The translations under genes were made by a program, and so were the position numbers. Source: Octopus vulgaris (Eukaryota). Taken from it: DNA of 64,000 bases. The notes under the pieces are model-generated. The model had not been told where the DNA came from. It ran no database searches and saw only the letters and a program-made list of their open reading frames with translations. Numbering within the stretch: position 1 is the stretch's first letter; each line of letters begins with the position of its first letter. Positions 55,130 to 64,000 of this stretch are shown one piece after another. The stretch covers positions 42,098,001 to 42,162,000 of the forward strand of contig OX597820.1 of NCBI GenBank assembly GCA_951406725.2. Reading direction: 5' to 3'.

Positions 55130-55789
55130 CACACACATACACATAGAGTATAGAGATGGAAGACACATGATAATCCTTCATAAATAGTTTAAAATAGGTG
55201 ACATAGACATAGCCAAATCTTTAGAGTGAAAAGGCATGAATATTTGTAATGTTCATACCCACAAAGTTCAAGAAAAGAAACCTAAATGAAAGAAATCGAA
55301 AGGAGGAGCAGATATTGGACACTCCAGAAATTTGGCTCAATAAGTCGACAGCTGACAATATAATCGTGATTGCATTGACTGATTTTATTGATTTAATTGA
55401 TTGAAGTCTGTTGAAATAAAAGACGGTTGCAATCAATTAATTGAATCAAACCAGTGTATTATTAGTACTGTCTTTTCGACTACGGAATTATGAAAATCTA
55501 ACTCGAATGCAATGACGAATCTTAAGTTCAGAAAAGTATTTAGTCTAGCATTCAACAGTAGCTTTTTTTTATTTTTGTCAATTCATTGTTCTTGAAAATT
55601 TATGACATATTAATCCGTGCATTACCTCGTGCAATGCAATGTTCTTGTAGCTAACGACATGTTAATCCTGCGACTTCGAACGAAGACTAAACTAGCTGTT
55701 TTCTTAACCCCAAGTAAGTTCTAAATTTGCAGACCTAGAGTCAAGTGCATTTCCACCGTTATCATCCCGTCATTACTTCATGCAGTCAA

Positions 55790-55963
55790 GGCGGCGAGTT
55801 GGCAGAATCGTTAGCACACCGGGCGAAATGCTTAGTGGTATTTCGTATGTTACCATTTTTCTGAGTTCAAATTCCACCGAGGTTGACTTTGCCTTCATTC
55901 TTTCGGGGTCGAAGAATTAAGTACCAGTTGAGTACTGGGGTTGATGTGCCTATAGTAGAAAGG
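55790..55963 (+). mobile_element. SINE with intact head (family of 34391-34768), internally deleted, ~13-bp TSD
   Basis: GGCGGCGAGTTGGCAGAATCGTTAGCAC.CCGGGCGAAATGCTTAG...GAGTTCAAATTCC; flanked by ATTACTTCATGCA / ATTATTTCATGCA. Confidence 0.85.
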
Positions 55964-56280
55964 ATTATTTCATGCACTGTATCCAGTTTATGCTATAGAT
56001 TCTAGCCTTTTTCTTTCTATAGAGTGAATTGTATAATTTAAGGAATATTTGGTCCACATATTTTCGTGTATGTTCTATTATGCGTAGAGGCTCCTTTCGA
56101 CCAGCTGAGGAAAAGTTTGCATTTGACTAAACGAGGCCAGCCAGCTCTGATTGGAGAAGCTTATGAAAAAGTTATTCTAGCTTTGAGCAAGATATTTTTC
56201 TTAACACTACATATGAGCTACCCTTTTGTGTGTGTGTGTGTGTGTGTGAGTGTGTGTTTGTGTATGTGTGTGTGTGTGTA

Positions 56281-56438
56281 GGTGCAGGTGTGGGTGTGTG
56301 ATAAGAAGCTTCCTTCCCAAACACATTGTTCTGGGTTCAGTCCACGGCGTGGCACGTTTGGTATTTCCTACTATGAACTCGGGACGACCAAAGCCTTTTA
56401 AGTGGATTTGATAGTTGACGGAAACTGGAAACGTCGAG

Positions 56439-56479
<41 letters not shown>

Positions 56480-56675
56480 GTGTGTGTCTGTATTTGTCAC
56501 ACCACCATCCGATGTTGGTGTGTTTATGTCCACGTAACTTAGTGGTTCGGCAAACGAGATGGATCGAATAAATACTAGGCTTACAAAGAATAAGCCCTGG
56601 GGTCGATTTGTTCGATTGAAGGTGGTGTTCCAGCATGGCTGCAGGAAAGTGACTGAAACATGTAAAAGAATAGAA
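56281..56675 (+). mobile_element. full-length CORE-type SINE
   Basis: Collinear with 52874-53298. Confidence 0.85.
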
Positions 56676-56683
56676 AAATAACA

Positions 56684-56787
<104 letters not shown>

Positions 56788-57353
56788 ACTAATTATAAAC
56801 AATGGGACTTTTTCAGTTTCAATTATAGATTTCAAAGATTAACAGAATTAAGCATTCAATTGACTAAAATGTAGCCAAACCTTTACCAAACTTGAATACC
56901 ATTCTAAAATAACTTATTGCTTCTCTATTAAAAAAAAAAAAAAATTAAAATTAAGAGTCACACCTTCAATGTTATTGTTTGGTTTCCAACAATTTTCATT
57001 GCATTTTAAAATACTTTATGTACAGTCTTAACGATTTTAACAAGAAAAACAGCCAACATCAACGTACCGGAATGAAACGTTAATTAAATCTTACATGATT
57101 AAAGAAAAAGACATCTAGGAAATATTTTTACCGCAGATCTTTAAAGTCACCAGCGTTCGCAGGCTTCCTCAATGCCTTCTAAAAATGTTCTTCTCTGCTT
57201 TATTACCCATAAATCGCTAATAGCCAAATTTTACATAACCTAATCATAATACATCCATTCATCAATCGCTCCATCCAACCATCCATCCATCCATCCATCC
57301 ATCCATCCATCCATGTATCCATCCATCCATCCATGTATCCTTCCATCAATCTA

Positions 57354-57398
<45 letters not shown>

Positions 57399-57455
57399 AT
57401 GTATGTATGTATGTATGTATGTATGTATGTATGTATGTATGTATCTATCTATCTG

Positions 57456-57538
<83 letters not shown>

Positions 57539-57639
57539 GTCTGTCTGTCTTTCTGTCTATCTGTCATTCTGTCAGTCAGTCTGGCTGGCTGGCTGGCTGT
57601 TCTATCTGTCTGTCTATCTATATTCTTTTCTGTGCATTT

Positions 57640-57788
57640 GTGTATGGGTCTTTAGCTTTGTGAGTTGATTTAGTAGACGGAAACTGAAAGAATCCCGTCA
57701 TATATATACATAAATGTATGTATTTGTGTATGTGTTTGTCCCACTACCATCGCCTGACAACCGATGTTGGTGTGTTTCCGTCCCTGTA
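57640..57788 (+). mobile_element. CORE-type SINE internal fragment
   Basis: GCTTTGTGAGTTGATTTAGTAGACGGAAACTGAAAGAA...TGACAACCGATGTTGGTGTGTTT. Confidence 0.75.
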
Positions 57789-59381
57789 TTTATATGTGGG
57801 TATGTGTGTGTATGTGTGTGTGCGCGCGCAGATATATATATATATAGAATAACTTTTGATATGTCTACGAACTTAAGTTTACTAAACATGCATTGACTTA
57901 AAGTTTGATCTATTCTCGAAATTGGATCTATTATTGGATCTATTCTCGAAATAATCTTTTTTCACAATGGTTGCGAAATTTCGCAGACACCAGCTTCATT
58001 CTAAATGCCTTTTGAGAAGCCTGTACCAACTATATCTCCTAGTGAAATGTGGCCATTTAAAATGTGTGTGTGTGCGCGCGTGTATGTAAATTTCGTTCTT
58101 CTATTAGCTTGATTTGAATAACTGATGTTCTCCATCGTTATCTGTGAGCAAAAGATCACCGGGAACACTTACAACATATGGATATTAGATTGGAAAAAAT
58201 GATGTTAAATAACGGTGGCTAAGATACGAATTCAACACAATGAAGAAGAAATCTGTGAAGCAGTATGCTTTCTACATACAATTTTTCCACCTCTGTGAAA
58301 CTTAAAACAAATGATTATACATAATTGCGAATTTTATTCGCTACCTCAACTTTTCAGAAGGTTAACTGTAACATTGTTGCTCACAGGATAAATGCCTTGC
58401 CCTAGCTGTTGAAATATCTTTGTGTCGATGAAAATTTACATGTAATAAAATAGTATTGAATATCAGATAAGTTATAATAGGATTATTTTAAAAGAGACAT
58501 GTGATTGATTACATTTTGGGTATTCACAAATTTTGAAGTGCAAACATTTGTTTGATATAACAGAGCAGGTTTTAAAATCTTATAAAATCGAATAGAACGT
58601 AAAATAGTAATATGTCTATAATCTCTCAGAGACTGTTAAGATACTGTAATATTTCTAGTGACTTTAGGCAAACCAATGGATTAGGTCTGAAAACAAATTA
58701 TCAATTACAGTTATAAGTAATTCTTATTTGATTAAAGGTTTTCAGATGGTTAAATTACATTTTATGGTAGTTTAATTTTGAATATTAGCGAAGATAATGC
58801 TAAACAGTGTATCAATAGGACTACGCTGAGACAGAATTCATAGAGATTATTAGAAACTTTATGAAGAAAACTGCGTTTTAAAAACAAAGTTGTAGGATGC
58901 TCGTCGAATTTTGGAATTGGATGAAATGTTTAATAAGATTACAGATTAACGGCTCAGGTAAATTTCATATGCAAAATGTAGTAGTTTTTTAAATTACTGG
59001 AACTAGTACAACTAATAAAACTATAGGAGTTTTAAGAGTTCTATGATTGTATCAGAATAGAATTATAAATGGATTAACGGGATTATATAGATTAATGTTA
59101 CCGTTAATCGGATTATAAGGTCTGGGATAATATTAAGATTATAGTTTAAATAAAACTAGTACAGCTAATGAAATTTAAAAATAAAATAAATGAATAATAT
59201 CAGGTAATCATAAGAAGAAAAATTTCTATTATATCGATTGCAGAAGATTAAGAATTATTATGAAAATTAGAAATTGATAGATCTGTAAGGTCAATCACTA
59301 TTTATCGAGCGTTAAGTGCACTTTACGATTGCTGTGTTTATGTGCTTATTTGTGTGTCGGTGTTTTTATGAGTAGTAATAT

Positions 59382-59427
<46 letters not shown>

Positions 59428-60429
59428 AGAGAGAGCAGGGAAGGACATAGGAGTGAAACCCTTTTGTAGCATTTTTATGGTATGTAAATAATAAATTATT
59501 CGTTATAAAAACACTGCTTGTTAGTCTTCGAGCTTCACCATATATCAATGCATGAAGTGAACTACCAAAAATTGCAATGAACCTATTATGCATTGTGTCG
59601 GTTAAAAATCTGAACTTTAAATTCACCTAATAACTTGAAAGAATTATATTTTCTGTGTTTCTATTTATTTAAACATTTTTTTCCTTATTTGTCAGAGATC
59701 CTGATTATACGAACAGCTGTTTTTAATAGGATTACGTGCATTGTTATAATTGCTTGATTTGTTAATTTTTCTTTCTTCCTTACTTTCTTTCATTTTTTTC
59801 TCATTAAACTTTTCATTTCTATATTTTTACTATTGCTATGGATATGGCATTCTATATTTTTACCATTGCTATGGATATGGCATTCTCACTTTTACTTGAA
59901 CGATGTCTGAAGAATTTTCTGAAAAAATGTGATTGTTCTCTGAGACATCTATATTACTAGTACTAATATTGCATTATTATTTTTCTTTGACTTCTAAAGT
60001 TGCATTTGTATGAAGATGTAAGTTGTCAGATTATTGGCATTATCATATCTTTAAAATCAAAAGTGTCATGACATGTATATTACGCTGTTTATTATTGTTC
60101 AGCTATAGTATATTACTTAACTTTTAAAATAATTCGCTTTATTAAACATTATAAGTCGATCATTAGCGTGGTCGGTGGATAGACGGATTAAATGTCATGT
60201 AGGATTCAGTGAGATTCTTGCACTTTCTGGGTTTATGTAGCAACGAAATTCACTTAGCTTTGTATCTTTGTAAAATTTACAATATGAATAACATGCACAC
60301 ACGGTGAAGAGGGTCAATGAATTATACTCTCCGCTATAAATTTCTAGCTAAAGGGGGAAAGGGAAATAATCAATATTTCAGCACCTTTGAATAGTGGCGG
60401 TTAGGATGTACCCGACACGAGTAGAGATA

Positions 60430-61345
60430 ACGTTGGTTTACTCGCTGACGATTGCACAATTTTTGTCATCCTTCAGAACTATTCAATAATGAGAAAACTC
60501 TTCCTTATTGTTACTCTGACATACTAGATGTTGAATCACAGACTTTGGGAAATCTCTTGCGGTTTCCACCATTAATGGAACTACAGAAATTGAGACGCTT
60601 TCCAAGAGCATCTAGTAGGATTATTAGAACACGTAAGCTTATCCATTGTTTTGTAATTAACTCCGAAATACAGTAATTCAATACTGATGGATTCTGGATT
60701 TCAGTAAAGAAGCTAAATGTCCAAGAACACCTAGCAAGCAAAAAACCTTGCAGGTTTTAAATTCTGCCGTCACTCATCTGATTTTAACCAAGAAATCAAC
60801 AAAATAGGTTGAATGAAAATTACTACGAAATAAAACGATTCATTAAGTGCAAGAACAAAGGTTTCTTTGACTAGCAGAAAAAATCGACTGCAAGTCCAAA
60901 TGGCTATCTTTATTAAAAGCTGAACAATCAACTGGGTCAACAAGGCAAGGGAAATTCCCACATATATGACAGCTGTGGTTGCTTCCTTGCTCTTAAGGAC
61001 ATTCTCAATCCGTTCACTTGCAGCCGAATGCTTCTACGTAGCAGTGACACTTTAGTCTTACTTCGAACAAAAAAAATGGAAAGAAAACATCAAAAATCCC
61101 TCAAATCTTTATCACAACCTCAAAATCTAGTTGTCCTGGGTTATCTCTATGGTTTTGGAGCATGGACAACTTGTGTCTGGCATTTGAAAAACATTGGAAA
61201 GTTTTCATCATTTCTAGAATTGAAACAATTGAAACATTCTTGATATCAGCTGGCAGGACTATAGATCGAACATCGGTATTCTCAATGAAGACAAGACAAT
61301 AAACATTGATGTAATTATCAACAAAAACCAACTCAACTTAAAGGT
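60430..61345 (+). pseudogene. RTE/BovB-like LINE reverse-transcriptase C-terminal fragment, heavily decayed
   Basis: LLADDC (YADD motif) near 60437; VVLGYLYGFGAWTTCVWHLKNIGKF; ILDISWQDYRSNIGILNEDKTINIDVIINKNQL, matching RTE LLYG-E-WT...IL-I-WQD---N--VL...QLRW. Confidence 0.75.
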
Positions 61346-62426
61346 GCAGTTTCATTCATCCGAATGATTTATATTCTCAACTGAAAGGAAAGAAAATGTT
61401 GAAAAGCTGAACAAATGAAATATATAATTTTCTTTTTAATTCTGTATCTTCGACGGCGATATTCCACCTAAGGTGGAAAAGCTCAGATCCGCAGCGAGTT
61501 CAACATTTTGAAAAGAAACAATTGATCATTTTGAAAATAAAGAATTGTACACCTTAAAAGAAAAAAGGGCAAAGAAAAGAAAACTTTTCCAACAAGATGT
61601 ATAAATATGCTAAGTGGAAAGACATCTTTTTTTAATTTCACTCATAGAAGGAAATCACTTAAATAATATCTCCATAAAAGAAATTTATTGAAGGACTAGG
61701 TTAACTTTTTACGAGCTTCGAAGTACTTTGTTGGTACTTTTGGTACTTTTCTAACATTACTGTTCGCGACTGTCAACATATCCCTTTACTTATTTATTGT
61801 GGTTTGCAGTTCACTTACATATTCACAAAACCAGAGTGGTATCTGTGGTGGAGATGGGATAACGTAGATATTTTATATTTCGATGTATCACTGTAAAATG
61901 ACATTTCAAGGTTCAATTCACACCCCACACCACATTTCATTTTAAGGAACGGCTTTGTTTATATAGTGTATCAAGTTAGATAACTAACCGTTTCTCGTAT
62001 TCAATGAACTAACGTCTGCAAAGAAATGGTAGTGTTCCAACGAGTCGAATGTGTATTTTCGACTTATTGTTATCTTTATTCACTTTATCTATTAGTTAAA
62101 CTTATCTTGTTCTTGAAGAAGTTTTTATTCAATTCTAAAGATCAAAAAGATGTTTTCTTTTCATTCATTTTTTTTCTGTCTCTATCTTGATAAAATCGAA
62201 TTGTTTACGACAAAAACTTCGTTTCACCCATTTTGCAAACAAAATGTCGTGAATTCCGGTCAAATGTATCTTTCATCTGAAAGAATTCTTAAATATATAT
62301 CGTTATAGCTATCTAAACAGGTACGCACGGGATATCCACGCGTAACATATTTCAGTCATGATATAACATTTTAATCAAGAAAATACTTATCTCTCATAAC
62401 CGAAGACCATAATTATGAACATTTAC

Positions 62427-62462
<36 letters not shown>

Positions 62463-64000
62463 ATTGTTAGACACTATATTAGATACTATGTATAACAGTC
62501 GAACTTCCTTCAAACTACACTAAACATATATAAAAATGGATAAATTTCTCAATTCATCTCTAATATATAACAAAGCACAGATAAGTGTATCATGCTCCAA
62601 GACTCAATCAGAATTGACCCGGATCTAAGCAAGAAGAACCAGCAACAGAGCTATAAATTAATGTAAAGTTGAACATATTTTACGATCTTACAAACGCAAC
62701 AATAGCAAAACCCGGTGGTACCAAATTCAAGTCACTAGAAAATGAATCCAGTTTAAATGTACAACATACTCTACACTATAAGTTAAATATCACCGTTCTT
62801 TTTCGTGCATGAAATACAACGTTTCAATGTATGTATGTATGTATGATGACATATACAGATGTAATCATACTTGGATCAGATATAAAGTTAAGAGCTGAAA
62901 AATCACACACAAAAAGAAGTTGGATTCATGAATATTCGAGTGTGAGCTTGCATATGTCTACATGACACATACATACAGACAGAAACACGTATCTGTGTAT
63001 TGTACGCGTGAAATTAAATGCACACACAAATACATACATACATACATACATACATACATACATACATACATACATACATACATACATACATACATACATG
63101 CATACATACATACATACATACATACATACATGCATATATATATATATATATATATCAAATATTAGGAGATGAGCATTTCAAAGTGTGAAATATTTTCCAA
63201 TCATTTCAATACAAGATTGTTGCATATATCAGTTATACGTCTATACCGGATAAATTTTCTTCTGGAATAATTTCCAGTGTTAGATTTAATCCGTTCTGGT
63301 TTGATATATGAAGCTGAAGTGGGAATCTGAATTTAACGGCGTTAGATGAGTTGTATTCAAGAAGATTACAATATTATTCGAATCTCTCTTTATTGATTGG
63401 AATGTGTCCTGGTGTAAGTGTACACGTGAAAAAAAAATTTAATTAATTCCAAAAGAAGGAATATTTGAAACACCATACTGATGAATATAACACATCATGC
63501 AAATATATACACATACATACATACATACATAAATGCATAAACACAGAAACACACACATGCATGTATGTATACATATGTATAAACACATATATATTGATAG
63601 ATAGATACATACGTAGAAATGTTATACAACACTAAAAATAAATATATATATATATACACACACACTCACATATATGTGTGAGAATGTGTGTGTAGATAGA
63701 TACATATTTACATACATCCATAAATAATTATATACATATACAGATATATGAACGTACACACAGACATACATACTGATACAAAAATGGGAGTGAGAAAGAC
63801 CAAGAGATAGTGAGAGAGAGAAAAGAGACGAACGGTAACCAATATCCCAAGAATGGAATAGATTGTAAGTAAGGAATGAGATGTCGTGAGAGAAGGATAT
63901 GTGCATAATTTTTCGTCTGTGTGATTGGAACGTCACGCTGATTTTTGGCTAATATTCATGCTTCTTTATTATCTCTCAGTTAACGTCTTGTCCACTATTC

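Noticed and set aside
59820-59887. 33-bp tandem duplication (similar small ones at 890-930, 3615-3660, 23140-23200, 30077-30113, 57907-57952)
   Set aside because: Ordinary slippage duplications with no further structure.

Overview
AT-rich, microsatellite-saturated eukaryotic DNA with no intact long ORF. Almost all ORF-track entries are (TA)n/(CA)n/(GA)n/(ATCT)n artefacts. The tRNA-derived SINE families and repeat landscape look like a coleoid cephalopod (Octopus-like) genome; this is an inference. Supported content: a full-length decayed Tc1 transposon (33901-35930) interrupted by a tandem SINE, a mariner fragment and a mariner MITE, a Dong/R4-like and an RTE-like LINE fragment, three or more SINE families, and many Penelope-like element (PLE) fragments (Neptune-like and Naiad-like GIY-YIG). 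The most notable signal is a dense set of type I hammerhead-ribozyme (HHR) motifs from several distinct sequence families. Most sit next to microsatellites. They include a ~660-bp foldback with an HHR in each arm, an ~80-bp HHR-only mini-element, an insertion ending at the predicted cleavage site, and core-variant HHRs. Possible host-gene traces (a TATA/Inr promoter with a first exon near 7.0-7.2 kb, and a 99-nt exon near 22.2 kb with a GT10-like WMVSNC motif) are tentative. Coordinates were read by eye.
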